Positions 15,766-24,739 of a stretch of DNA of 64,000 nt are shown here, in pieces (within the stretch, counting starts at the first letter, position 1; every line of letters starts with the position of its first letter). A program made the position numbers and the translations under genes. Source of the stretch: a virus; the IMG/VR virus record IMGVR_UViG_3300013738_000004, positions 1,931 through 65,930 of that record. One strand, written 5' to 3'. The notes under the pieces were generated by a model. That model was not told where the DNA came from and searched no databases. It worked only from the letters and a program-made list of their open reading frames with translations.

Positions 15766-16721
15766 GCTGCGTCCTTTTCTTCAGATTTCGTTTCGACCCA
15801 AAAGCCGGTCATCAGATTGATGGGCTTCGCTTTGGCAATAACGCGCCCGTAAACCGACCACTTCGGCAGGCGCAGTCGCAGGGCGGCAAAGATTCCATAG
15901 TCCTCACCGGCTTCGATGCCCAAACCGGCTTCGATGCCCTCACCGGCTTCGATGCCCGAACCGGCTTTGATGCCCCAACCGGCTTCGATGCCCGAACCGG
16001 CTTTGATGCCCTCACCGGCTTCGATGCCCTCACCGGCTTTGATGCCCGAACCGGCTTTGATGCCCCAACCGGCTTCGATGCCCGAACCGGCTTTGATGCC
16101 CTCACCGGCTTCGATGCCCGAACCGGCTTTGATGCCCTCACCGGCTTCGATGCCCAAACCGGCTTTGATGCCCCAACCGGCTTCGATGCCCCAACCGGCT
16201 TTGATGCCCGAACCGGCTTCGATGCCCTCACCGGCTTCGATGCCCGAACCGGCTTCGATGCCCAAACCGGCTTCGATGCCCTCACCGGCTTCGATGCCCA
16301 AACCGGCTTTGATGCCCCAACCGGCTTCGATGCCCCAACCGGCTTTGATGCCCGAACCGGCTTCGATGCCCTCACCGGCTTCGATGCCCAAACCGGCTTT
16401 GATGCCCTCACCGGCTTCGATGCCCGAACCGGCTTTGATGCCCGAACCGGCACGCAACGAAAATTCGATCTTGATTGAGCCTGTCACGCGAATCGATCCG
16501 GCGAACACGAAGCGCTTTTTCTCAAGCGTCCCGACTTCCAGCACATCATCAGTTTTACCGAAAGCGTTCAGCAGCCAGCACGCGTCGTCGAAACGATCGT
16601 CGTCGCAGAGCTTGTCGAGAATTTCCTGATACTCGCCGCCTTCCGGGAAATTGCGGAGGTACCACTCGTAGCCATCCGAACAGGGATGCTTTTCCTTCAG
16701 CAGTTCTTTGGTGATCTTCAC
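15762..16721 (-). CDS. Hexapeptide-repeat (AGxGI[K/E])30 beta-solenoid-like protein
   Basis: GTG start with GGAGAAG RBS; N-terminal domain KITKELLKEKHPCSDGYEWY. Confidence 0.85.
   Translation of the reverse strand: MKITKELLKEKHPCSDGYEWYLRNFPEGGEYQEILDKLCDDDRFDDACWLLNAFGKTDDVLEVGTLEKKRFVFAGSIRVTGSIKIEFSLRAGSGIKAGSGIEAGEGIKAGLGIEAGEGIEAGSGIKAGWGIEAGWGIKAGLGIEAGEGIEAGLGIEAGSGIEAGEGIEAGSGIKAGWGIEAGWGIKAGLGIEAGEGIKAGSGIEAGEGIKAGSGIEAGWGIKAGSGIKAGEGIEAGEGIKAGSGIEAGWGIKAGSGIEAGEGIEAGLGIEAGEDYGIFAALRLRLPKWSVYGRVIAKAKPINLMTGFWVETKSEEKDAA
15912..16451 (-). repeat. 30 x 18-bp coding tandem repeat
   Basis: Unit GCC GGT (TCG/TTG/TGG/GAG) GGC ATC (A/G)AA. Confidence 0.95.
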
Positions 16722-17323
16722 GGCTTCTCCACGTAAATAGGACAACGAAACTTGATGGGCAGGATTGGGGGTTGGGGGATGCTCAACACTCACGGAGGCG
16801 CGCTGCGCTATCTCAGGGAGAGGGATGAAGGATCGCTGTTTCGGTGGATCTAGCACCGGCAGACGCCTGATCCATGCAACCGTAGCTGCATGAGGTACGC
16901 TGCCCAGCGGTGGTCCGCGTCTCTTTGAGGGGGAACGCAGTGCGCTTTCGTGAATGCTGCTACTCCGCAGGACGCTGGCGACACCCTTGTTATCGGCTCC
17001 AGCTGCCCTGCGGACTTCCGCGACGCTTCACAGATCCTGTCTGCTACGCAATCGCGGGCGCTGTCCTTACTACGCGAGGACTTGCTTTATTCCGCGCCCT
17101 TTCGGGAATGGTTCGATGTTCTGTGTCTCGTGTGGACCATGACCACATACGCCCGGTTGCTCGCTTTCGCGTCCCGGGTCAAAGACTTCAGTTGTCCAGC
17201 CTGTCGGCTAGGGGCCCGAGGGCGCCTAAAGATCATTCCGCTATCCCGGCTCTGCCGGAGCGGTTACTGATACTGCTGTGCTATCCGCACTAGCTTGGCG
17301 ATGGGCCAAGCTGCTGAGGACAG

Positions 17324-17788
17324 TTACTTCTTTGCGAGACCAGTTCCGCTGCAAACGCCACACGTCATATCCCACGCCTCTTCGGGGTCGCGAAACAGAA
17401 CGGTTCCTTTCCCGTCGCATTCCTCGCAGGCATCATGTGAGCGATCGTGCTCGATGGCCTTGTTCGGATCAGCGGTGCGCCAGTCTGGCCAGACGCGGCC
17501 TTCGTTCTTCGCCTGTTTGGCAACGAGCGCTTCAATGATCTGCTGAGGCGAACCACCTGCGCGCCATGCACCATCAAGCGCGAGAATCACGACGTCGATC
17601 CATTCGGTGAGATCGGTCGGATCAGCCTCGATCTCGTTCAGCTCTTTGCGGATATGGTCGATCACGCCCTTAGCGCGCGATCCGGGGCCAAACGTCTGCT
17701 CGGACCACTCACGCTGTCGAAGGAGGTGCCCATACAGACTAAATGCCGACGCCTCCTGTTCTTTCTTGTACTGAGGAACATCCATCAC
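17324..17788 (-). CDS. dATP/dGTP pyrophosphohydrolase-like (DUF550, MazG-like) protein
   Basis: QREWSEQTFGP..R..GVIDHIRKELNEI...EWIDVVILALDGAWRAG...KNEGRVWPDWR; C-terminal Zn finger. Confidence 0.8.
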   Translation of the reverse strand: MMDVPQYKKEQEASAFSLYGHLLRQREWSEQTFGPGSRAKGVIDHIRKELNEIEADPTDLTEWIDVVILALDGAWRAGGSPQQIIEALVAKQAKNEGRVWPDWRTADPNKAIEHDRSHDACEECDGKGTVLFRDPEEAWDMTCGVCSGTGLAKK

Positions 17789-17973
17789 TCTTCTCCTAGA
17801 ATCCGTTTCGCGTTTGCTATCGCTGCTTCTACCGCTTCGAAATCCGCGTCGCTCTCTGCCTGTATTGCCGCCTTTGCTGCCAGCCAGTCGAGAACATGCA
17901 TCGCGGTTCGCCGGTCATTCGGGAAGCGGTGCCGGACTTCGTGGCACCACTCGAGACATTTCGCGTCGTTCAT
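17785..17973 (-). CDS. Phage hypothetical protein
   Basis: 62-aa coupled ORF. Confidence 0.6.
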   Translation of the reverse strand: MNDAKCLEWCHEVRHRFPNDRRTAMHVLDWLAAKAAIQAESDADFEAVEAAIANAKRILGEE

Positions 17974-18287
17974 GCCGTGGCCTTGATGCTCCGAATTGCC
18001 TCATCGATTCGCTGCTCAACCGGCTTAACCGCCATCACATTCGCGATACAGCCAATCGAGTACTCTGCTTCGCGCCTCTGGCGTTCGATTGCGCCGTGCT
18101 TGTGGTCGGGATGGAAGAAGATTTCCGGCTTCAGACCATCTTTCTTCAGGTGGCCCAGCACGCCCTGCTTAACCGCTTCACGCAGTTCGGCGCGAACTTG
18201 AGCCGGGATGCGACCGCGAACAACCAGAGTTGCCTGGCACAGGATGCGGTCAACGTTCGGGCCGATTCCTGATTCGTACTGGCTCAT
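17970..18287 (-). CDS. First gene of the pL operon, hypothetical
   Basis: GGAGG RBS; directly downstream of the predicted pL. Confidence 0.75.
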   Translation of the reverse strand: MSQYESGIGPNVDRILCQATLVVRGRIPAQVRAELREAVKQGVLGHLKKDGLKPEIFFHPDHKHGAIERQRREAEYSIGCIANVMAVKPVEQRIDEAIRSIKATA

Positions 18288-18330
18288 CTCATCCTCCGGT
18301 CATTGCGCTTGTGGGGTGCTGATGGGATGA

Positions 18331-18372
18331 ATAATAGGAAAACTTGTCGTCTCAGGCAATAGGAAATCTTGT
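18331..18372 (-). promoter_or_regulatory. pL promoter with two repressor operators
   Basis: -35 TTGCCT (18354-59), 17 bp, -10 TATTAT (18331-36); AATAGGAAA(A/T)CTTGT at 18333 and 18358. Confidence 0.75.
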
Positions 18373-18542
18373 TTTTATGAGTAAAATTTTGCTATTGAAT
18401 ATGAGCGATTGATAGTCTTGCGGGGGAGCCCCTGGGTGGGGCTCGTTAGATACTTTGCGGGAAGAGGCCTCTCAGGAACCCTCTTGGGGGTTCTCCGTAT
18501 GCGTGCGGCATAAAGTGATGGTTATTATGAGGCGGGATGCGA

Positions 18543-18722
18543 CTACAGGCGTAAGTCGGCGAGCTGTTGAGCAACAGCCAGGCAGTAAGAGAGCTTCTCT
18601 AGGCGTTCGCGCAAGGTCTTGCAGGTCGGACACTCCCTCTCGCCGGCGACGGCTGGCGTGGGTGAAATTTCGGTCCCCGGCGATGAGTATTCGGACGGAA
18701 AACGGCTGCCTTCCAGATGCAT
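18543..18722 (-). CDS. Small hypothetical protein downstream of cI (59 aa)
   Basis: Own translation MHLEGSRFP...ECPTCKTLRERLEKL...; GAGG RBS. Confidence 0.5.
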   Translation of the reverse strand: MHLEGSRFPSEYSSPGTEISPTPAVAGERECPTCKTLRERLEKLSYCLAVAQQLADLRL

Positions 18723-18819
18723 TTTTGTTACCTCGGAATAAGGTTTCGGCCAGCGCCATACCAGGCGCCAGACAAATATTCATGCCGAAGGTAACTTTAC
18801 CGGAAGTTGGTGTAAATAC

Positions 18820-19224
18820 TTAAACAGAATTGCCGTTATCCAGAGTAGGCCCGCTGTTTTTTCGCTGCTGGCGCTCCATCTCCTCTTGTATCGCCCGATG
18901 GATGAATTCCTTCGTTTCCGGAGTCACGCCGTAGTCTCTGTTGCGCGTCGAATCACAATTGCGATACAGCTCGCGCACCTGGTCAGCCAGCACGGGGCTG
19001 ATCTCATCGATCTTCACCCCGAGCACTTTCGCGAACTGGCCCACTGCGAATAGGTTTAGTTTTGATTTTCCTTTCAGGTAGTGGCCGACGTTTGCCTGAG
19101 ATCCCATGTCGTAATCGGCGCCGAACTTCTCCTGCGTCATCCCCTCGGGACGCTTCTCATTCCATAGGCGATCCAGACGCTTTGCGTCCTCGATCTGCCA
19201 GTCCTCTAGCTTCTGTTTGACCAT
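18820..19224 (-). CDS. cI: CI-like repressor (HTH only, no S24 peptidase domain)
   Basis: DAKRLDRLW...MTQEKFGADYDMGSQANVGHYLKG...FAKVLGV..DEISP; divergent from cro. Confidence 0.88.
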   Translation of the reverse strand: MVKQKLEDWQIEDAKRLDRLWNEKRPEGMTQEKFGADYDMGSQANVGHYLKGKSKLNLFAVGQFAKVLGVKIDEISPVLADQVRELYRNCDSTRNRDYGVTPETKEFIHRAIQEEMERQQRKNSGPTLDNGNSV

Positions 19225-19232
19225 GTCGCGAC

Positions 19233-19299
19233 TCTAGCTTTTCTAGTAGTAGCTACAACAAGTTTTCCTGTTGACAGACTCCATAAGTTTTCCTAGTAT
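19233..19299 (+). promoter_or_regulatory. pR promoter and OR operators
   Basis: -35 TTGACA (19271-76), 17 bp, -10 TAGTAT (19294-99); operator copies at 19233, 19258 and 19283 match the pL copies. Confidence 0.8.
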
Positions 19300-19305
19300 G
19301 GAGCC

Positions 19306-19638
19306 ATGAAACTCGCCGACTACCTCGCCAAGCACAAGATCAGCCAGACAGCTCTGGCCGACTATCTCAATGTTAGTCAAGGCCGCGTATGGCAGTGGCT
19401 CAACGGAGAAAGGGTTACGCCGAAGTACTGCCCCGATATCGAGGTCTGGAGCAATCGCGAAGTGACGTGCGAGGAGCTTAACGACACGGTCAACTGGCGA
19501 TATCTGCGTGATTCGGCCCAGGCCATTGCGAATAGCGGACCGGTCGGCACGTTGCCGGATCGCATCAAGTCTAGCGACGACGCCCAGCCCCCTGTCGGCG
19601 GCTCCAGCGGCACGGAGAAGATGGCTGCAATGATCTAG
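19306..19638 (+). CDS. cro: Cro-like (YdaS-type) HTH regulator
   Basis: SQTALADYLNVSQGRVWQWLNG...VTCEEL..TVNWRYLR. Confidence 0.88.
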   Translation: MKLADYLAKHKISQTALADYLNVSQGRVWQWLNGERVTPKYCPDIEVWSNREVTCEELNDTVNWRYLRDSAQAIANSGPVGTLPDRIKSSDDAQPPVGGSSGTEKMAAMI

Positions 19639-19706
19639 CGAGTACATAGGAGTCCTTTTTCTTAATTACCGTCCTTAGTGACGGTTTAATTTTCCCGGAG
19701 CCGCAA

Positions 19707-20132
19707 GTGTCCACGCCAGTGTCAACTGAAGTCACTCAGTTCGAATTACCGCTGATGTGCCGCATGAACCGGCCCCAGCCCGTCGAGCAATCTGTAGTCG
19801 AATCAATTACTTGCGAGTCTGGGCTGATCCGGAAATCGATCGAACTCTCGAAGTTCAAGTTCCTGGAGAAAACCTATGCCGGAACGCTGGGTTTGTCGCC
19901 ATCCCAGTTCTCGAAGATCAAGAACGGTCGCGATGGCGCGGGCAAGGTTTGGCACATGCCGATCACTGCCGTAGCCGCGTTCGAGTGTTTAGTCGGACAT
20001 ACGCTGATGACACAGTGGATCGAGCATCAACGCGATTTGCTGCTTGACGACGAGATGAGAGAGATCTGGGAGCTTCAGCAGCGCATCGAGGAACTGAAGA
20101 TGAAGAAGGCCAAGGTTGGGAGGGCGGCGTGA
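19707..20132 (+). CDS. CII-like regulator (positional call)
   Basis: Follows cro; HTH-like AGTLGLSPSQFSKIKNG; start uncertain. Confidence 0.6.
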   Translation: MSTPVSTEVTQFELPLMCRMNRPQPVEQSVVESITCESGLIRKSIELSKFKFLEKTYAGTLGLSPSQFSKIKNGRDGAGKVWHMPITAVAAFECLVGHTLMTQWIEHQRDLLLDDEMREIWELQQRIEELKMKKAKVGRAA

Positions 20133-20848
20133 ACGATCTGATTAATAACGGCGTGCCGTCGATGTCGACTCATGAAATCGCGGAACTGACTGGCAAGCGC
20201 CACGACCATGTCATCCGAGACGTTCGCAAGATGGTCGAAGACATGGTCTCCACGGATGCCCCAGAAATGGGTAATCCGAAAAATCAAGGGGTTACGGAGG
20301 TCACCGACGCGCGCGGCTACACGTCGATGTTTATGCTCGACAAACGCATGTCGATGATCCTCGTTTCCGGCTATAGCGTCGTTCTGCGTGCTCGCATTAT
20401 TGACCGCTGGCAAGAACTGGAGGCGATGGCTAGCGCGCCGAAGTTTGCCATCCCCACGACCCTTTCCGGTGCCCTGCGTCTCGCTGCGGAGCAGGCCGAA
20501 GAAATCGAGCGCCAGGCGGCTCAGCTTGAGGCTCAGAAGGCCGCCGTAGAGTTCGTTGACCGTTACACGAGCGCCGATGGCAACAAGGGATTCCGCGAGG
20601 TCGCCAAGCTGCTGAACGCGAACGAACGCGAATTCCGGGCCTTCCTGATTAGTAACGAGATCATGTATCGCTTGGACGGTCGTCTGACCGCCTACGCCCA
20701 TCATCAGCACGCCAGCCGTTTTGCAGTGAAGACGGGCATTGGCGGTAACGAGCACGCCTTCACGCAGTCCATGTTCACGCCCAAAGGTATCGAATGGGTT
20801 GCTGGCAAGTGGGCGGCATATCTCCTGAGCCAGTCGGAGACAGTATGA
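20129..20848 (+). CDS. Antirepressor: Rha N-domain plus KilA-C/ANT domain
   Basis: MSTHEIAELTGKRHDHVIRDVR; IIDRWQELE; FTPKGIEWV. Confidence 0.9.
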   Translation: MNDLINNGVPSMSTHEIAELTGKRHDHVIRDVRKMVEDMVSTDAPEMGNPKNQGVTEVTDARGYTSMFMLDKRMSMILVSGYSVVLRARIIDRWQELEAMASAPKFAIPTTLSGALRLAAEQAEEIERQAAQLEAQKAAVEFVDRYTSADGNKGFREVAKLLNANEREFRAFLISNEIMYRLDGRLTAYAHHQHASRFAVKTGIGGNEHAFTQSMFTPKGIEWVAGKWAAYLLSQSETV

Positions 20849-20903
20849 ACGCCTCTCACCCGCCCATCCACACCCATCCGCTGCTCGGCGAAGGAATGCC
20901 CGC

Positions 20904-21440
20904 ATGAACGTGCGCAAGCAAATCAGCAAGAAAATGCGCTTCGAAGTCTTTAAGCGCGATGGATTTGTATGCCAGTACTGCGGCTCGCATCCTCCTGAGG
21001 CGGTGCTTGAGGTCGATCACATCGTCCCCGTCGCCGAAGGTGGCGCCAGCGAGATCGACAATTACATCACGGCTTGCTTCTCGTGCAATCGAGGCAAAGG
21101 CGCCACGCCTCTTGATCAAGTCCCCAAGTCCCTTGCCGACAAGGCGGCTGAAGTGGCAGAGCGCGAGGCGCAGATCCGTGGGTACAACGAGATTATGCTG
21201 GCAGCCCGCAGTCGGCTGGAAGAGGACGTCGAGTGCGTCAATCGTGTGTATGAGCGCTTTGTCCCGGGGTATGAGTTGTCCGACCGCTCGCGCGTGAGCG
21301 TCCGCATGTTTATTGAAAAGCTGGGTGTCTTCCCGGTGATTGACGCCATGGAGCTTGCTGGGGAGCGCTGGGCTTGTAGTAGCTCAAAAGTTTTCCGCTA
21401 CTTCTGCGGCATCTGCTGGAACCGTATTAGGGAGCAATAG
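20904..21440 (+). CDS. HNH endonuclease
   Basis: RFEVFKRDGFVCQYCG...LEVDHIVPVAEGG....NYITACFSCNRGK. Confidence 0.92.
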   Translation: MNVRKQISKKMRFEVFKRDGFVCQYCGSHPPEAVLEVDHIVPVAEGGASEIDNYITACFSCNRGKGATPLDQVPKSLADKAAEVAEREAQIRGYNEIMLAARSRLEEDVECVNRVYERFVPGYELSDRSRVSVRMFIEKLGVFPVIDAMELAGERWACSSSKVFRYFCGICWNRIREQ

Positions 21441-22309
21441 TGAGACGCCCATCGTTTCAGTTTTACCCGGGCGACTGGACGTCTAACAGCAACCTTCGCC
21501 GCTGCTCGCACGCGGAAAAGGGAATCTGGATCGACGTCATGTGCCTGCTGCATGACCAGGAAGAATACGGCATCGTCCGATGGCCGTTGAAGGAGATTGC
21601 TCAAGCTGTGAACTGCACTGTGTCGGCGCTCAAGGGTCTCGTAACGAAGGGGATTCTCAAGGGCGCAGATGCGCCGAATAACGCCGAGTCGTTCATCTAT
21701 GTGCCGCGCTCCGGAAGAAAGGATGGTGATCCCGTGACTTTGGTTCCAACTCAAGTAGGTCCTATTTGGTACTCCTCAAGGATGGTAAAGGATGAATATG
21801 TCCGCACCGTACGTGGCGAAGGATCGCGCTTTGGTGCGGGAGATGGTGAAGCACCAAAGCTAACACCAAAGGATGCACCAAAGCCCCCCTTGGGTGACGG
21901 CTCTTCTGCTTCTTCTTCTCCTTCTCCTTCGGTAAAACCTAAAGCGGTTCCTATCGGAACCGACGCTAACGCGTCGAACGGCCTGTCTGCGCACGAGGCG
22001 ATCTTCCAGATCGGTGTTCCATGGCTGCTTGCCAACGGTGCGACGGACAAGGTTCGGTCCATGCTCGGAGGTGCCGAGAAGCACATCGGCGCTGACGCGG
22101 CATGGGAAATGGTGCAGGACTGCATGGACAAGAAGCCGCTGGACCCGATTTCCTGGCTGGCTGCGGCGCTGAACGCGCGGAAGAAGGTCGCGCCCAGCAC
22201 CGCGCCTCGTCGCAGCGGCGTAGCCCCTACGCAATCGGAAATCAATGCCGAGAACGCCAAGGCTAAGGCCCTGCTCTTCGGCGAATCTTCGGAGGTGGTC
22301 GATGTTTGA
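21440..22309 (+). CDS. Replication initiator (O-like, YdaU/DUF1376-type N-terminus)
   Basis: RPSFQFYPGDW..N..LRRCSHAEKGIWIDVMCLLH; position after cII and antirepressor. Confidence 0.8.
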   Translation: MRRPSFQFYPGDWTSNSNLRRCSHAEKGIWIDVMCLLHDQEEYGIVRWPLKEIAQAVNCTVSALKGLVTKGILKGADAPNNAESFIYVPRSGRKDGDPVTLVPTQVGPIWYSSRMVKDEYVRTVRGEGSRFGAGDGEAPKLTPKDAPKPPLGDGSSASSSPSPSVKPKAVPIGTDANASNGLSAHEAIFQIGVPWLLANGATDKVRSMLGGAEKHIGADAAWEMVQDCMDKKPLDPISWLAAALNARKKVAPSTAPRRSGVAPTQSEINAENAKAKALLFGESSEVVDV

Positions 22310-23093
22310 AACCGACTTTGACCCGTTCATCGACATGCTCGATGCGGTCTATTCGCTGCACGGCAAGACGATCCCGGCCGGTGCCAAGGCGCTTTTCTTC
22401 CGCGCCCTTGCTGGCTACCCGCTGCAAGTTGTGCGCTCGGCCATTGATGCGCACGTGAAGGATTCGCAGCGCGGCCAGTTCCCGCCGAAGCCTGCCGACC
22501 TGATCGCGCAGATCGAAGGCCATGCAGCCAATGATTCGCGCCCCGGTCCGGAAGAGGCTTGGGCAATCGCAGTGCAGGCGTTCGATGAAGCGGCAACGGT
22601 CGTGATGACCGGCGAGATTGCCGAAGCGATGAGCATCGCGCGCCCCGTCTTCGAGATCGGCGACGAGGTGGGGGCTCGGATGGCGTTCAAGGAAGCCTAC
22701 GGCCGCCTGGTGACGCAGGCCCGCTCCAACGGCGCCCCGGCCGACTGGTTCCCGTCGCTCGGCTCTGACGCGGGCCAGCGGGCGGAAGTGCTCGAGCGAG
22801 CCGTCTCGCAAGGACTGCTGCGCTCGGACGTGCCGGCTATCGTCGGCGCCCTGCCCGCGCCGGTCGATACGGTGCCGTTGCTAGCTGCGGCAGAGTCGGC
22901 GGCAACGTCCAATGCCGACGCTCGCGCCACCCTGAATGGTTTGCGCAAGCTGCTTGAGCGCGATCCCGGGGCCGAAGAAGCGGAACGCCAAGCGCGCTTG
23001 CAAGGCGAGCGCGATGCCTTGGCTGCCAAGAAGGCCGAGATTCAGCGTCAGGTGGAGGAGCGTCTGGCTGGCGACGAGGAAGCTGCTGCATGA
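22302..23093 (+). CDS. Replication protein P-like / helicase-loader candidate
   Basis: FPPKPADLIAQIEG...EEAW...ARMAFKEAY; follows the initiator. Confidence 0.7.
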   Translation: MFETDFDPFIDMLDAVYSLHGKTIPAGAKALFFRALAGYPLQVVRSAIDAHVKDSQRGQFPPKPADLIAQIEGHAANDSRPGPEEAWAIAVQAFDEAATVVMTGEIAEAMSIARPVFEIGDEVGARMAFKEAYGRLVTQARSNGAPADWFPSLGSDAGQRAEVLERAVSQGLLRSDVPAIVGALPAPVDTVPLLAAAESAATSNADARATLNGLRKLLERDPGAEEAERQARLQGERDALAAKKAEIQRQVEERLAGDEEAAA

Positions 23094-23350
23094 GCGCCCA
23101 GCACATCCCGAAAATCCGCTCGGTTCTCGCTGGCCGCCCGTTCGGCGCATCGGCTCACGAAATCGCCCGGGTGATGGATGTTCCGGTCGAAGTCATCGCC
23201 GAATAATTGGCCCGAATGGTCGAGCGTGGCGACGCGGTGCAAAACGGCTCTGGGTGGCGTTTGAATCGGTCGGATGTGACTCCGCCTATCTTCCGCGCCA
23301 TGGAGACGCTGGAGGCCATGCAAACGCTTGCTAGGGGCATGCAACCATGA
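23090..23350 (+). pseudogene. Winged-helix-like gene interrupted by an in-frame TAA
   Basis: 86-codon frame coupled at both ends (ATGA overlaps) with a single TAA at 23204-06. Confidence 0.6.
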
Positions 23351-23586
23351 ACGATGTGATCGAGTTTTACCCGCAAGAGCGTGCCGTGAAGACGATCTCG
23401 GTCGAACTGACGAATTTCAACGCAGTTCGACTGGACTTTGGCACTTCGTTCGGAGAGTCGGAAGAGGATCTGCGTGCGGCAATGGACATTCTCATTGAGG
23501 CTGCGTGTCTGATCCGCGAACAGATTGGCGCGTTCCGCCTGCGCAATGCGATGAAGAAGCACTTCACGGACGGGATGCAGGAATGA
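23347..23586 (+). CDS. Phage hypothetical protein
   Basis: Coupled ORF. Confidence 0.65.
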   Translation: MNDVIEFYPQERAVKTISVELTNFNAVRLDFGTSFGESEEDLRAAMDILIEAACLIREQIGAFRLRNAMKKHFTDGMQE

Positions 23587-23735
23587 CGTCAGAAGAGGTG
23601 GTCGAAATCGTCGACGAGATTGTCAATTGGTCGCTCGAGCAACGCCGCGCCTACATAGCAAGTCTCGAGCGCGCCTTCGGCCCCGCAGCAGCACAACAGA
23701 TTAAGGACGCGCTCAGTGAGCGCTGGAAACGGTAA
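23583..23735 (+). CDS. Small hypothetical protein
   Basis: MTSEEVVEIV...; coupled. Confidence 0.55.
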   Translation: MTSEEVVEIVDEIVNWSLEQRRAYIASLERAFGPAAAQQIKDALSERWKR

Positions 23736-23749
23736 AAGAGGCCCCAACA

Positions 23750-24256
23750 ATGAATCAGATGGCAGACGGTGTGGGTAGTACAACTAAGCGAGTGATTCTC
23801 GCTATCGATCCCGGCACCGAAGAATCCGGCTGGTGCCTCTATCACCCGGAAGGCGCTGTGCTTGGATCTGGCGTGAAGCCGAACGACATCATGCTGATGG
23901 AGATCCGCTCTGCCTACGCTGACGAGCTCGCAATCGAGATGATCGCCAGCTACGGGATGGCTGTTGGGCGCGAAGTGTTCGAGACCGTCTGGTGGATTGG
24001 TCGATTCACGCAGGCATGGCATCGCCCCGACTCTGTGCGCCGCGTCTACCGCCGCGACGTGAAGTTGCACCTGTGTGGCACGTCGAAGGCGAAGGATGCA
24101 AATGTCCGCGTCGCCCTGATCGATCTTTTTGGCGGAAAGGAAAAGGCGGTGGGCCGCAAGGCTTCGCCGGGACCGTTGTACGGAGTCAAGTCGCATGCGT
24201 GGCCGGCGCTGGGCGTGGCTGTTACTGCGGCTCATCAGATGAAGGAGGCAGCATGA
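23750..24256 (+). CDS. RuvC-like (RNase H fold) Holliday junction resolvase candidate
   Basis: ILAIDPGTEESG, LAIEM, DVKLHLCG...KD motifs. Confidence 0.75.
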   Translation: MNQMADGVGSTTKRVILAIDPGTEESGWCLYHPEGAVLGSGVKPNDIMLMEIRSAYADELAIEMIASYGMAVGREVFETVWWIGRFTQAWHRPDSVRRVYRRDVKLHLCGTSKAKDANVRVALIDLFGGKEKAVGRKASPGPLYGVKSHAWPALGVAVTAAHQMKEAA

Positions 24257-24729
24257 AGCACGCCAAACACTACGACCGCAACAAGACCGCAGCAAACCGC
24301 TTCGCTGCGATCAATCGCCTGATGGCGAGAGCGCCGATCCGCGACGACGCGCAGCGGGATATCGAGATCGCGGCGCATATCGCATTGGATCGGATGATCC
24401 GGGGCGGCGACAAGGAATCGCTCTACGTGCTCGCCACGGCTCTCGACGTGTCACACGAACTGGCTATCCAAGGGTGCGGGAAGTCCAGCCTGACCGCGAT
24501 CAAGCAAGGCATGGCCGCACTGATTCGCACGAAGAAGGCCGCGAACCTGTCAGGTGAGTGGAAGTTCGACGAAGCCGCCGCAGAAGCTGTCAAGGTCGCA
24601 GTCGCCATCCACGACGCGCAACTCGAAGCCGCGCCTCGCGCCTTGGTCGTGAAAGTGATGCGTGAAGTTTTGGCCCGCGTTGAGAGCGGATCCGATACGG
24701 AATTTGAAGAATCGCTGCTGGCAGCGTAA
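24253..24729 (+). CDS. Phage hypothetical protein (nin-like region)
   Basis: Coupled ORF. Confidence 0.7.
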   Translation: MKHAKHYDRNKTAANRFAAINRLMARAPIRDDAQRDIEIAAHIALDRMIRGGDKESLYVLATALDVSHELAIQGCGKSSLTAIKQGMAALIRTKKAANLSGEWKFDEAAAEAVKVAVAIHDAQLEAAPRALVVKVMREVLARVESGSDTEFEESLLAA

Positions 24730-24739
24730 GGAGACTGAC

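Noticed and set aside
15714-16629. Alternative-frame repeat ORFs (TGFDAP, PASMP, ASKPV)
   Set aside because: Any stop-free 18-bp repeat opens several frames. Only the AGxGI frame has an RBS and plausible flanking domains.
19230-19300. Self-target of guide block C in the OR region
   Set aside because: Only the first three dinucleotides match (AG.TT.TC), which is chance level.
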